Assembly (NCBI RefSeq): GCF_963921235.1
Contig: NC_086107.1
Span: 104,162,001-104,226,000 of the forward strand
Source of the DNA: Mobula hypostoma
Lineage: Eukaryota
Reading direction: 5' to 3'
Length of the DNA stretch: 64,000 nucleotides
Part shown: positions 11,278 to 24,635 of the stretch, piece after piece
Position numbering within the stretch: position 1 is the stretch's first letter
How the letters are laid out: every line of letters begins with the position of its first letter
The notes under the pieces: model-generated
The model's database searches: none
What the model was told of the DNA's origin: nothing
The model's input: the letters and a program-made list of their open reading frames with translations, nothing else
Position numbers and translations under genes: made by a program

Positions 11278-13449
11278 CTAAAGAAAGAATAAAGGTCAGA
11301 ATCAAAATCAGGTTTATTATCACCGGCATGAGTTTTAGAACTGCTTTCTCTACAACATTCAACCACCAAAGTCAAAGGTCAAAGTAAATTTTATTATCAA
11401 AGTACATATTTGTCACCATATGCAACCTTGAGGTTCATTTCCCTGTGGGCATACTCAGCAAATCTATAGAATAGTAACTATAACAGGATCAATGAAAGGT
11501 CAACCAGAGTGCAGAAGACAACAAACTGTGCAAACACAAATATAAATAAGTAGCAATAAATAACGAGAACACGAGATGAAGAGTCAATGACATCAGCGCC
11601 GGACTCCGGTACGAAGGTTCCCGGGTTCAAATCCAGTCGGGGCCACTCCCGAGTACGCTTTCCATCCGTGCTGGGTTGAGTGTCGAGATTGCAACTCGAC
11701 CTCGTAAAATAAAGGGGAAAAATACTGCGAAATGTCTGTGAGGAGTAGCACACCACACAGTCTCTCTCTCTCTCGATCCGCGCCTTGTAAAGAATGAAAA
11801 AGACATCGTCCTGCCAACATCGCACACACACGCACGGACGCATGCACGCACACGCCAAAAATAAAGTCCTTAAAGTGAGATCACTGGTTGTGGGAAACAT
11901 CTCAACGATGGGGCAAGTGAGTCTAGCTGTTCCCTTTTAATTTAAGAGCCTGATGGTTGAGGAGTAGAAACTGTTCTTGAACCTGGTGCTGCGAGTCCTG
12001 AGGCTTTCGTACCTTTTACCTGATGGCAGCAGTGAGAAAAGAGCACGGCCTGGGCGGTGGGGATCGCTGATGATGGATGCTGCTTTCCTGTGATAACGTT
12101 TCACGTAGATGCGCTCAATGGCTGGGGGGGGGGGTGCTTTACCCGTGCTGTGCTGGGCCGAATTCACTGACTTTTGTAGCATTTTCCATTCATAGGTATT
12201 GATGTTCCCACACTAGTCAATACACTCTCCATACGTTCAGTAGTGTGACTTCAAACTTCTAATGCTTGATTCTTTCATTGCATTTATTTGATTTCTAGTC
12301 ATTGTTATTTGGGTCTTTGACTTCCTAGCACCAGTTGATTAATTTTTGTGCCTTTTTTCACCACATGATAACAAATCTACTGAGTGAAAAAGCCAACAAA
12401 TGTCCTGTACTTTTCCGCCCAGCAATGAGACTCTGGTTACATTCAATCAGCTGCATTAGGGCAGGTCAAACCATTCACGTGTTTGACATAGACTCCAGAA
12501 ATAGAAACATCATTCCAGGCTGTTACGGGGAGAGGTTACCAGGCAGAAGGAGAAAAGGATGCCAAGCCTCCACAAAGAAGTGCAAACATTCCCCACACAC
12601 TCCTCGGATTCCCTGCACATGATTGCTCAATATAAACACAAGAGATTCTGCAGATGCTGGAGATCCAGATTAACACACACACACACACAAAATGCTGGAG
12701 GAACTCAGCAGGTCAGGCATCATCTCTGGAGAGGAATAAACAGTCAACATTTCAGGCCGACACAATGATCAGTCCCTTCTCCATCCATGGTCCACTCTCC
12801 TCTCCTATGTTTACGTTTTCTCCCTGTCACCTCCCAGCACTGAACTCTTCCCAGAACCTATGGAGTCACTTTCAAGGACTCTTCATCTCATGTTCTTGAT
12901 AATTATTGCCTGCTTAGTTGTTTCTTTCTTTATTTATTTATTCATTCATTCTTTCTTCCTTCCTGTATTTGCAAAGCTAGTTGTCTTTGGCACATTGGTT
13001 GTCTGTCTGTCCTGTTGGGGTGGTCTTTCATTGTATTTACTGTGAATGCCCGCTAGTAAATGAATCTCAGGTTTGTAGATGGTGACACATACATACTTGA
13101 TAATAAAAATAAAAATAAAAATAAACTTTCACTGCCTCCATTGCTTCCTTTCTTATCAATCATAGGATGGTGGTAAAGGCAGATACGCACATTAGGGGCA
13201 TTTAAGAAACTCTTAGATAGGCACATCAATGATCGAAAGAATGGAGAGTTATGTAGGAATGAAGGATTAAATTGATCTTGGAGTAGGTTAAGGTTAAAGG
13301 TCGAAGAGCCTGTACTGTGCTGTAGTGTCCAATGCTCACAGATAAGAAACACAAAGAAGAGACAGGCAGATAGGATGGAATGAGCAGGAGGGAAAGGAAG
13401 AAACGACTAGCGGGAGAAAGAACCAGGAACACAAACACAGAAAGTCAGA

Positions 13450-14037
13450 GCATAGTCATAGTCATACTTTATTGATCCCGGGGGAAATTGGTTTTCGTTA
13501 CAGTTGCACCATAAATAATAAATAGTAATAAAACCATAAATAGTTAAATAGTAATATGTAAATTATGCCAGTTAATAAGTCCAGGACCAGCCTATTGGCT
13601 CAGGGTGTCTGACCCTCCAAGGGAGGAGTTGTAAAGTTTGATGGCCACAGGCAGGAATGGCTTCCTATGACGCTCTGTGTTGCATCTCGGTGGAATGAGT
13701 CTCTGGCTGAATGTACTCCTGTGCCCAACCAGTACATTATGTAGTGGATGGGAGACATTGTCCAAGATGGCATGCAACTTAGACAGCATCCTCTTTTCAG
13801 ACACCACCGTCAGAGAGTCCAGTTCCATCCCCACATCACTGGCCTTACGAATGAGTTTGTTGATTCTGTTGGTGTCTGCTACCCTCAGCCTGCTGCCCCA
13901 GCACACAACAGCAAACATGATCGCATTGGCTACCACAGACTTGTAGAACATCCTCAGCATCGTCCGGCAGATGTTAAAGGACCTCAGTCTCCTCAGGAAA
14001 TAGAGACGGCTCTGACCCTTCTTGTAGACAGCCTCAG
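13450..14037 (-). mobile_element. Rex1/Babar-type LINE 3' end, near-identical to 5972-6455
   Basis: KKGQSRLYFLRRLRSFNI...FY.SVV peptide and the same tail. Confidence 0.88.
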
Positions 14038-14409
14038 TGAGGCACGAAGCAAGTCCGAAGTAATGGAACACAGAAAATCGTCCAGCAGGAAAAGCATAAA
14101 GTCTCTCCATCGATAGTAGCTAACCTCAGCTGTGCCAGCACTGGTTCTCTCAGTGCTTTGAGCACTTTGAACAGAGAGCACTTTGTTCTCTCAGTGTAAC
14201 AAAGCAGTACTCTGCCTTGTTACACTGAGAGAAGTTTACAATTTGACGATCTCTACTGGAGGTACCACTGTACATTCACGCAAAAGGAATCTCAGATAGT
14301 TTGTGATGACATCGACCATTCAGTATTTTGCAATCACTCATCAAACTCACATTTAAAGCGCAGCCACTTGCATAAGAACTCTGGACACACACAGAACACT
14401 ATTTAGCAC

Positions 14410-15497
14410 CCTCAGCTGGGGACGGTCAGACTGTACTTAGAGTATTGTGAGCAGTTTTGGGCCACCTAATCTAAGCAAGTTAAGTGTTGGTATTGCAGAG
14501 GGTTCAGAGCATGTTTACAAGAATGATCCCTGGATTGAAAGGGTTATTGTATGAGGAGTGTTTGATAGTTCTCGGCTTGTACTCACTGGAGTTTAGAATA
14601 ATGGGGGTGGAATCTCATTGAAACTTAGTGAATATTAAAAATCCTGAACAGAGTGGACTTGGAGAGGACGTTTCCAATCGTGGGGAAGTCTAGGACCAGA
14701 GGGTACAACCTCACCTCATTACAGGAAAGATGTGGAAACTACAGAACGGGTGCCGAGGAGATTTACAAGGATGTTGCCTGTTTTGGGGAGCATGCCTTAT
14801 GAGAATAGGTTGAGTAAACTTGGCCTTTTCTCCTTGCAGTGACGGAGGATGAGAAGTGACCTGATATGTATAAGACGATGAGAGGCATTGACCGTGTGGA
14901 TAGTCAGAGACTTTTTCTAGGGCTGAAATGGCTAACACGAGAGGGCACAGTTTTAAGGTGCTTGGAAGTAGGTACAGAGGAGATGTCAGGGGTAAGTTTT
15001 TTTTACGCAGAGAGTGGTGAGGGCGTGGAATGGGCTGCCAGCGATGGTGGTGGAGGCGGATACGATAGGGTCTTTTAAGAGACTCCTGGATAGATACGTA
15101 GAGCTTAGAAAAATAGAGGCTATGGGTAAACAGAGGTCATTTCTGGTAAGTTCATGTTTAGCACAGCATTGTGGGCCAAAGGGCCTGTATTGTGCTGTAG
15201 GTTTTCTATGTTTCTAACCTCAGAAAAGAAGGATGCCTCTTTAGAATAGAGATGAGGAATTTCTTTTGCCAGAGGGTGGTGAATCTGTGGAAATTATTGC
15301 CACTGTCAGCTGTGGAGGCCAAGTCACTGGGTATATTTAAAGCTAAGGTTGATAGACTATTAATTTGTAAAAGCATCAAGGTTGTAGGGAGAAGGAAGGA
15401 GAATGGAATTGAAAGGGATAATAAATCAGCCAAGATCAAATAGCAGAACAGACTTGATGGGCTGAATGGTCTAATTCTGCTTGTATATCTTATGGCA
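14410..15497 (+). mobile_element. Nested CR1 LINEs (14714-15215 inserted into an older copy)
   Basis: CR1 ORF2 C-terminal peptides; 7-bp duplication AACCTCA; tail gtttctatgtttct. Confidence 0.85.
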
Positions 15498-15937
15498 TAA
15501 AACTCCTTACAGCAATTTCCAACTACACGGAAATGTGACGTTAGTACGTATAAACCATTTAAGTTGGGGGGGGGGAACGTACAATGATACTGTGGGTTTA
15601 TCATAAGGGATCAGGACGTTGACGGAAGAGAGTGTTAGGTTCAGTGACAGCCCACACCAGGGGAGTAGATTAATGAAACATTATCACAAAGTATACTTCT
15701 GTTGGGATTAATGTCAGGGCAGCCTGCCCTTGCTCACGTCCACATTTGGCTTAAGATATCGTTGTGTATTTAGGATATTCATCACCTCCCACAGCATTGA
15801 ATCCTACTGAAATACAGCCTGTGTGGAGTATCGGTCGGAGGTTCAGTTTCCTGCTCTCCCTTGCAACCTGCTACTTGTAATGATGTCTGCAAAAACCACG
15901 GTAAGTTCAGAGAATATGACTCATCAGCTACACTCAC

Positions 15938-16078
15938 CTGGCCCAGATAAAGGATTCGACTGACTGGACACACAACGCAGGCTGTACCGGAACCGAAAAT
16001 TTCCTTTATTCGATTCTCCTGCAGTCCTTTGACCAGCTCATTCATTGTCATCCCTCGCTCCGAAACTTTAAACTCACC
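15938..16078 (-). CDS. bcat2: BCAT2 coding exon 9 (GEFKVSER...[20 protein letters not shown]), CXXC motif
   Basis: 141 nt, GTGAGT donor; GSGTA motif plus CVVC redox centre. Confidence 0.97.
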
Positions 16079-16365
16079 CTGGAAATATACAGTTGTTAAT
16101 AAAGCAGAACTGCCTGATGACTGCTTGTTAATCTGCACGTATCCCCCTCTATCAGGGCAACGGTAATCACAGAATTCCACACCTTACTAGTGGAACTGGA
16201 GAGGATGGTTCCTATGGTGGGGCAGTCTAGGACCAGATGGCAGAGCCTGAGAATAGAAGTACTTTCCCTTTAGAACAGAGATGAGGAGGAATTTCTTTAG
16301 CTAGAGGGTGGCAAATTCATGATTTGAATGACTGTACAGGCCAATTCATTGGGTATATTTAAAGC

Positions 16366-16437
16366 CAAGGGGTTCCCAATCTAGCGTCCGTGGACCCCTC
16401 GGATAATGGTAGGGATAAAAACGATTGGGAACCCCTG
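16366..16437. mobile_element. ~72-bp hAT MITE inserted in a CR1 fragment
   Basis: TIRs and 8-bp TSD TTTAAAGC. Confidence 0.88.
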
Positions 16438-18170
16438 TTTAAAGCAGACGTTGATAGTCCTTGATTAGTAAGGGGATCAAAGGTTACAGGGTGAAGGGGT
16501 TAAGAGGGACAATAAATGAGTCATGACGGAATGATGGAGCAGATTTGATGGGCTGAATAACCTAATTCTACACCCATGTCTTATAGTCTCATGGCCTTGT
16601 ATCACTGTTTTAGCTTCCTCATCCAAAAAACCACCAGCACTGTCCCTGCTGCGTCCACCAGCAATTTTTATGAGCACTGTGTCAGGTTAAGTAGGGCTCA
16701 CAGCATCTCCAATGTCCACAACTAAAGCTAAAGGTTCCTATCTTTGAAAAGGAATTAATGCCATCCCATCATCTACAGAGAGCAGATGGAGGGAGAGGAG
16801 GAGGATTTTCATCTCCCATCTCCCTGGATAAGAAATGAAATGTTCAACAGGTATAATTTTCGAATGGTAATGACACTGTTCAGTCAGTGTGATACATTGG
16901 CGTAAAGTCAGTAACTTCTATTTTGAAAATGTCTATTTTTTGCAAAGCTGGTGCTGTTCATTGATATTCCCAACAAAATAACCCGGTTTGTCAAGTTACA
17001 GCCGCACACAATGCCTCACTGAAATGTTTATCAGACAGTGGGTGGTGCCCATGAGCTAACAGCACTAGTGTGTAACATGAGGCCCAGATCACAACTTAAC
17101 ACCAGTGTGCACCACTGCACCCAGTGCAAAACTTTGGAGAAGACAGGGGAATGAGGTTGAGAGGGATAATAAATCAGCCATGATGGAATGGTGGAGCAGA
17201 CTGGATGGGTCAATTGGCCTAATTCTGCTCCCATGGACTTACTGCCCATTATACTGCTGGTGTTTAGGGCAGCAATGACGGTCCTCCACCTCTGGTGGTG
17301 CTCAGGGTTTCCTTCATCACGTCAGTTTTCACTACTGTCAGTCGTAGTCTCTGGTGGAGACTCAGGAATACCGTCACACTCAGATGTAGGATTCTTCATT
17401 GATGTTTCCATAACAATTTTGTTTGACCAGTCAGGGTTGTCAACCTTGAGCTGAATCCCCAAACCTGGAGGACCGGTGGACCACTCTTAGTCTGGCCTCT
17501 GACCTTTGACCTGTTTGGTGTGGGTCACCCTACCAAGAGCCAAAGCATAAAGCCCCAACTCCAGCCAACATAGCTCTCCGGGTCACTGAAGCACGCAAGC
17601 CGCCAAACCCCATGACGAGGTTGTGGTCCTCTTGGAGGTCTGCTCCTATGTACTGTGGTCTCAATACAACTGGTATCTAATATGACACCTAGTGCACAAT
17701 CAGGCTTTCAGTACACACAAGTGATCTCCCTCTTATGACTTATGAATCGGATAGGGTAAGAGTTCGGCACGGACTAGAAGGGCCAAGATGGCCTTTTTCC
17801 GTGCTGTAATTGTTATATGGTTATATGACTCGGGCACCGCACAATTGCTGAATCAGACATCAGGCAGGAAATCACAGTGGATACAAAGCTTGCTTTCTGG
17901 ACTGACTGGTGATGCCTGACCAGAAATAATATCTAAAACACGCTGATTAGAAATTGATTCTTCCAACTTGCGACTAGCAGCTTGAATCCAACTGGCAGCA
18001 GCACCCCATACCCAGTCTGTCAAGCTCCAAGCAGAACCACACAGAACTAGCTCATGTGGAAGAGTGATAGTCTATCATTAAAGGAATCCCACCCAATGCA
18101 GAAGCGAGTGAGAGTGTCTAAGAGTCAGCGAAGAAGCACATGAAGATTTATTGATGAAATGCCATCGTAC

Positions 18171-18256
18171 CCATTGTCGAGCCAGATCCAGCAAGCTCTG
18201 CCTAGTGACACCCGGAAGGATCGTCCCATCAAGTGGAGGAGTGAGCAATTCCAGTT
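18171..18256 (-). CDS. bcat2: BCAT2 coding exon 8 ([29 protein letters not shown])
   Basis: 86 nt, phase 1/0; ILPGVTR class IV aminotransferase signature. Confidence 0.97.
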
Positions 18257-18716
18257 CTAAAGAAGAAAATGTAAAACTATTCAAAAAGCATCAACATGTA
18301 AACATCAGCATTTCGAGCTAGGCAGTCCTCCCCAAGCATCTTCTGAACAGGGATTAAAGGTTTGGGAGCTCAGGGGATTTTGCAAGTGCTGGAAATCGAG
18401 AGTATCACAGACAAAATGCTGGAGGAACCCAGCAGGTCAGGCAGCATCTATGGAGAGGAACAAACGGTCACCATTTTGGGACAAGACCCTTCATCATGAC
18501 TGAAGAAATGCGTTGAAAGTTTGCGAATTCCCTGTCACTAACACACTTAAAATCCACAACCCATCGTCAACAGATGTAGCTGAAAAGGCATGTAGTCTGA
18601 GAAAGTTGGGCAAAATGGTCTGGCCTTACTATGGAGGACAGGTAGGCAGGTCAAGCAAGAGGCAGAGGGAGAGAGTGAGAGCAAAAGCAAGAGACAGGGA
18701 GAAGGGGAGAAGTGTG

Positions 18717-18748
<32 letters not shown>

Positions 18749-18855
18749 TATGAAATTATAAAAGGGCAGCCTTGAGTCTTGTGGGTGATTTGGACCTGAT
18801 ACTGTATTGATGCCAATGAGCTGGGTGTGGCATTGGTGTTGCCCGTGATACGTAC

Positions 18856-18998
18856 CACCCTGCTCGTTCTTCCAGTAGATGAAGATGTTCATGGTCCCCA
18901 CCTCTGTGATCTCATGCTTGTCTCCGTAGAGCCACAGCACCTGCTGGCAGCCATGCTTCAGAGCTTCGTACTGTACATAAACTGTGGGGCCGTAATTA
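18856..18998 (-). CDS. bcat2: BCAT2 coding exon 7 ([47 protein letters not shown])
   Basis: 143 nt, phase 2/1, GTACGT donor; TEVGTMNIF motif. Confidence 0.97.
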
Positions 18999-19287
18999 CT
19001 GGGCAGTGAGGAAGCGAGAGGAGAATTCTGTCAGATATTGTGTAACATAACCTGATGGTTTTGCACGTGCGTTCACCTTGCACATCATTCCGCGTGGCGA
19101 GGGCCTTTCACTAGGGTATTCCAAGCTGGAATAGTCCAAGCCTGAGCATTTTAATTAAAGTTAAGATGTTAGAATTGCCTCGCTTCATCATGTCAGTCTG
19201 TCCCAACAAAACTCTGGCCTACAAGGAGGCTGCTACGCTCTGTGCTAGGAGCAATAGAACTGGTTTGAAAGGTTGTGAATACACGGC

Positions 19288-19628
19288 GTGGCACGGTAGC
19301 ACAGTGGTTACTGCAATTGTTCTACAGTGCCAGTGATCAGGGTTCGATTCCCATCACTGTCTGTAAGAAGTTTGTACGTTCTCCCCATGATCATTCGGTT
19401 TCCTCTGGGTGCTCTGTTCTCCTTCCACATTCCAAAGACTTAGGGTTAGGGTAGAGTTAGTGAGTCTGGGCATATTATGTTGGTGCTGGAAGCACGGCAA
19501 CACCCACAGGCTGCTCCCAGAACAATCCTCACACTGTGTCGGTCACTGACACAAAATGATTTATTTCACTGTATGTTTTGATGAAATAAAGCTAATAAAG
19601 CAAATAAAGCAAATAAAGCTAATCTTTA
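19288..19628 (+). mobile_element. tRNA-derived V-SINE (HE1-like); further copies near 2990, 5150, 21915, 24870, 30160, 31880, 32145, 34855, 35320, 37965, 42150, 46205
   Basis: Pol III A/B boxes (ggtagcacagtgg / ggttcgattccc) followed by the V-domain-type gtttgtacgttctcccc...tttcct..gggtgctc...ccacattccaaagac. Confidence 0.75.
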
Positions 19629-19947
19629 ACATTTAAACTCTTTACACTTTCCAAGTTGGTAACTGGATATAAAAGTAGGGCTGGTTGAATTTTAACCTCC
19701 TCCCAGCACCAACAGTTCTTTGGAGTATGATCCTACTGACACAGATTTCCTACTCGTTGTCCACACACAAGTCCGGTATGTTGCAACAAAAAGATTATTA
19801 GTCCACAGCAGAATGCATTAACAATCAGCAACAGGAGACCATGCTAACGTTCACCCTCCTGAGTCCGTGGCTGATAGGAGCCGTGAACAGTGCTGGGCAC
19901 TCCTTGTCGCTGTGGCCCACTGCTGGGAAGTCCACGACCCTTTAGCC

Positions 19948-21269
19948 CAGGGGTCCCCAACCTTTTTTGCACTGCAGACCGGTTTATTATTGACAATATT
20001 CTTGTGGACCGGCTAACCGGGGGGGGGGGGGGGGGGGGAGGGTTGGAGGGTTGCCAATGGACAAGAGTAGCAGTCAAATACATTGTGTTTACCCCAAGAA
20101 AGACTACCATGACCACGAAGCCTTGCGCCGGCACCTGTGTGCGTATGCATGGCGCGTACGTGCCGATTTTTTTCTACAAATCGTTTTTGGCGATTCTGTT
20201 CAGTGAAACTACACTGTACATACATTAATATCTACTTTATATAGGCTGTGTGTTTATCATATCATTCCTGCTTTTACTATATTACTGTTATTTTAGGTTT
20301 TATGTGTTACTTGGTATGATTTGGTAGGTTATTTTTTGGGTCTGGGAATGCTCAAAAATTTTTCCCATATAAATTAATGGTTACTGCTGCTTCGCTTTAC
20401 ACCATTTCGGCACGTAAGGTTTCATAGGAACGCTCTACCTTAGCAGGGGAAATACGGGACAAGGACAGTCTCGTATGGGACAAACCAATTTAGCCCCATG
20501 TCCTGGCTAATATGGGACAGTTGGCAACCCTGGGGGGTGGGGTGGAGTGTTAATCACAACCGGAATATAGGTGATAAGTCAACTATAAGTCACTTATAAC
20601 TGGCTAATACACTCAATTTCGTTTCTAAAAGGTTTTATCTAACAAATTTAATATTAAAAACACAGCGCATATTTTCCTCGCATGAATATAGTGATAAGTC
20701 AATAGCATCATAACATTTTAAGTAACGTTTGGATATTAAACACACAACACATATTTTCCCCGTATGAACATATAAAATCATTGCAACACACCAATATCGC
20801 TGAATCAGTGGGAGCCCTGGGCTTGTTTCCCTGCAACAAGACAGTCCCATCGAGGGGTGATGGGAGACAGCGATACTCGAAGGGGGTTCCTTACGTCCAG
20901 TCTATTCTGCAATTTAGTTTTCGTTGCATTCATTGCAGAGATATGTTGGAAATGGAAGCAACGTTTTCAGTGCTTTCGTGGCTATCTCAGGATATTTAGT
21001 CTTGACCTTGATCCAGAATGCCGGCAGAGATGTTATGTCAAACATACGTTTCAGCCCGCCGTCATTTGCAAGCTCGAGGAGTTGATCTTCTTCCCGCGCT
21101 GATATGGATGACGCGTGGGTAATGACCTCGCGTGCGTTCAAGTTCAACAGTGCGTGACAGGGAATGAGGAAAGGTGCAGCTGACTCATATCGTTTCATAT
21201 CGCCAAATCATATCGTTTCCTCGCGGCCCGGTAGCGCATACCTTGCGGCCCGGTGGTTGGGGACCACTG
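19948..21269 (-). mobile_element. hAT-Charlie (MER1/Charlie3-like) non-autonomous element with transposase C-terminal remnant
   Basis: TIRs CAGGGGTCCCCAACC / GGTTGGGGACCACTG; perfect 8-bp TSD CTTTAGCC; hAT dimerisation-domain peptides LPAFWIKVKTKYPEIATKALKTLLPFPT and PITPRWDCLVAGKQAQGSH*. Confidence 0.95.
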
Positions 21270-21488
21270 CTTTAGCCAATGCTGGGAACTCCTGGTCTCC
21301 ACAAGCCCAGTGCTGTGAACTCCTTGTCCGCACAGCCCAAAGTTGGGAGATCCTGGTCTCCGCAACTCAGCGCCAGGGGTTTCCAAGTCTGGAATTCCTG
21401 GTCTCTACGGCCAAATGATTCTCTCCATTAAATTATATTTTTACCACTCGTATCTACGTGTCTACTTCATTCGCTTGAGCTCACTTAC

Positions 21489-21652
21489 CCTCCCAACTTG
21501 CAGTCGCCCACACCTCCTTTCCAAGCACGCACAAACTGGGGGTCAGCGAGCAATGAGACAGGGTTGAAGCTTCCAGTAGCAAAGTAGGGTCCAACGGGCC
21601 CAATGATAACGAAGAGCAAGGCATGATTGGCTCGAGCCACCCCAAGTGAAGG
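21489..21652 (-). CDS. bcat2: BCAT2 coding exon 6 ([24 protein letters not shown]...[13 protein letters not shown]), contains the PLP-binding lysine
   Basis: 164 nt, phase 0/2, GTAAGT donor; Schiff-base Lys codon at 21497-21499 (K234). Confidence 0.97.
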
Positions 21653-22732
21653 CTGCGGAGAGATAAGAAACGCGCGATGATGAAAGTGTGCTCCCTTCTT
21701 ATGAAATATTTAACTTGTGCAGCTTGCTGAGAAGCCAAATGAAGAAAATCAAGAGCAGGATGATATCGAGGTATGAAGACTTAGCAGTTGTGCTGCATAG
21801 AAGGATCAAATTTGTTCACCGTATATAGTTACGTGTATCAGGAATTTGCTGTGTCTGTTGGTCTGTGTAGGTCATACCACAAAATGCAACGATATTCAAC
21901 AATACCTTGCAGGGGAAGCATGGTGCATAGCGGTAAGAGTCACGTAATTACAGTGCCAGCGACCCAAGTTTGATTCCCGCCACTGTCTGTAAGGAGTTTG
22001 CACGTTCTCTCTGCATAGGTTTCCTCTGGGTGCTCTGGTTTCCTCCCACATTCCAAAAATGTGCGGGTTAGCAAGTTAAATGGTCACGTGGGTGTAATTG
22101 GGGAGCGTGGGATTATTGTGCCAGAAAGGCCTGTATCTCTAATAAAATAATCTTCTAAAAATTCATTTATGGGATGTGGGCATCACCAGCTAAACCGGCA
22201 TTCTAAAATAAAATGATAAGACTAAAGAATAAAGTTAGAGGTTAAAGTACGGATATGGAATAAAATGTTTTAAACTGTTTACAGTGCAGTGACAGGGGTA
22301 ATAGAGAGGGGCAGAGGGGTAACTAGATCAGATTAACCATTGGAGTCAGAAGATGGTTAGAGAAGTGTGGAAAATGGGATCACAGTGAGTCTATCAGTAA
22401 CAAAGGAACACATGGTTAAGGTTGATATTGAAAGCATATGAGGTAAAATCAAAGGGAATAAGTTTTACACAAAGAAACAGTGGGCAGCAATCGTTTTATG
22501 AAGGTGTGTAAATCACAGCACTGGAAAATAACAATTTGGCTTTATTTCATATAACAAGCAGCTCCAGATTCACATTCCATAAGGCTGATCATGTTGAAGA
22601 ACATGGGCAAGGACTGAAGATGTACCCAAAAAGTGCATTTTTTTTCTATGTTTTATTCTTCAACTTCTACAACTCTGTCAGGCCAGTCTGTTAAAACTCA
22701 CAGCATTAACCAGCATAACAAAGGTCTCTTAC

Positions 22733-22852
22733 CTCTGTGCCAACGAAGGTGGGTCGGATATAGAGACTTGCTGCATCAGAATATGGAACCCATTCTCTGT
22801 CAACTTCGATAAGTTTCCGAATACATTCCAACAGCTCCCCCTTGTCAAATTC
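22733..22852 (-). CDS. bcat2: BCAT2 coding exon 5 ([40 protein letters not shown])
   Basis: 120 nt, tAG acceptor, GTAAGA donor; SLYIRP motif; hand-translated, absent from the ORF track. Confidence 0.96.
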
Positions 22853-23340
22853 CTAATAAATACAGATAGGCATAGTCCTTGGAAGCTCTGGTAGAGAAGA
22901 TTTCAATTTCCAAAGGGTAGCATGCAGAAAGGGTGTTGCATTGCAATAACATGTACAATTGTAACATTACCAACACCAAGCAAGCAGGATCAAAGAGGTT
23001 AAAAAGATGCAGTGTGCTAGGAATGGAAGTTCAAAAGTAGGGTAGCAATATTACCATATTCAGATAAAGTATCTGAGATTAGAATTAATAGGCACTGTCA
23101 CAATGGAGCTTGTGTAGTTGATCCACGTTGGATTTGGCTTGAAATACCAAACAAGAAATTTTAATGTTCTATTCAAATAGTGACATCCCTGGGCATTGCA
23201 TTGAATATTTGCAAGCCCTAGCGTGGAATGCTGGAAAGTGGCTGTCCACATTTGGCAATTTAACAAATAAAGCATTCCGAGCTTTCCTTTAGCTCTCTTT
23301 CATGCATTCAGCAGAGAATGTAATCAAGCGTGCTACGTAC

Positions 23341-23451
23341 AGGCAGGCAAGTTCTGATCGCTGACCGGTGCATCCGCACCATGTTCAAGTCCGGTCGGAA
23401 CATGCGAATCTTGTTGTCCACGCCACGGAAAGCCTTCATACCTTCAAACAG
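23341..23451 (-). CDS. bcat2: BCAT2 coding exon 4 ([37 protein letters not shown])
   Basis: 111 nt, cAG acceptor, GTACGT donor; FEGMKA class IV aminotransferase motif. Confidence 0.97.
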
Positions 23452-24635
23452 CTGTCGGTGAAAACAGGAGGGGAAGAAAAGAAACACATTTGACTTCAAA
23501 TTGTCCCACACATTCAAGGGCAAAGAGACAGTTTCATCCGCTATAATTTTCATCCTCCGCACCCCTTCCACCAGCATCAACATCCTAAATGGGATTTGAC
23601 TAATAGGTTGAATCGAACTGACGTCAGGCATTTGATATTCACGTACAAAGGTTCACAAGGTAACAGTGGGTCTGGTGCCAAATTTTCAACTAATATTATA
23701 CAATAACTTCATCAGGATTAATGGACAACGCATCTGGCATAATCAACAAAACAAAGTCTCAGAGAATTCACACAAATTCCATTGGAGTCTATACTGTCAT
23801 CTATTAATTTCAAATACAAACCTGGTGCTGGTAAAAACACCAGAAGTACTTACTCACTGCCCATTGCCCCAGTGTGTTTGGGGCAGCAATGAAGGTCCTC
23901 CATCTCTGGCGGTGTTCAGGGCTTCCTTCATCGTGTCAGTAGCTTCCTCTCGGTTTTCACTACCATGCAAGTCCCAGGTGGAGACTCAGGAATACTGTCA
24001 CACTCAGGTGTAGAAGGCTTCTTCAAAGCTGTTTCCAGAACAATTTTGTTCCGACCAGTCAGGATTGTCAGCCCCAAACCTGGAGGGCTGGTGGACCACT
24101 CTTAACCTGGCCTCTACCCTCTGAGCTGTTTGGCATGGGTGACCCTAGCAAGAGTTAAAGCACAAGGCCCTGACTCCAGACAACATAGCTCTCCAGGCCA
24201 CTTAGGTGAGTAAGCCTCCAAGCCCAATGACAAGTTTGCAGTCCTCCTGGAGGATAACACCAGAAAAAATCGGCCAATAATGCAGTTGTTTCTGTACTTT
24301 GGAATCTGATACATTCACCGTGTCTTTAGCCACATCCAAGCAAGAACACTGATAGAGGTAGCACAGTCACCTTTTAAATAAAATATTTATGTCCTTGCTC
24401 CTTCTGTTACATAGAATTTCTAGCACAGATACTCAGCCCAAGTAGTTCATGATGCTACACAGAAGACTCCTCCAAATTTCCATCTCATCCTGTCACCATA
24501 CCCTCATTTTCAAATTTATATTTTACATGTTTTCTTACAACATAGGAGTCCATGCAGTCCATCGAGTTTAAGTCAACTTTTAAAGCAATCCCAACAAAAA
24601 CGCCCCATTTACATCCCTGTAACCTATTCTTCCAG

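Noticed and set aside
19288..19360. tRNA-like A/B boxes here and at other sites
   Set aside because: SINE heads followed by SINE bodies; no complete cloverleaf, so not tRNA genes
20914..21198. ZBED5/Buster-like ORF as a host gene
   Set aside because: Only a broken C-terminal transposase fragment inside a TIR/TSD-bounded element
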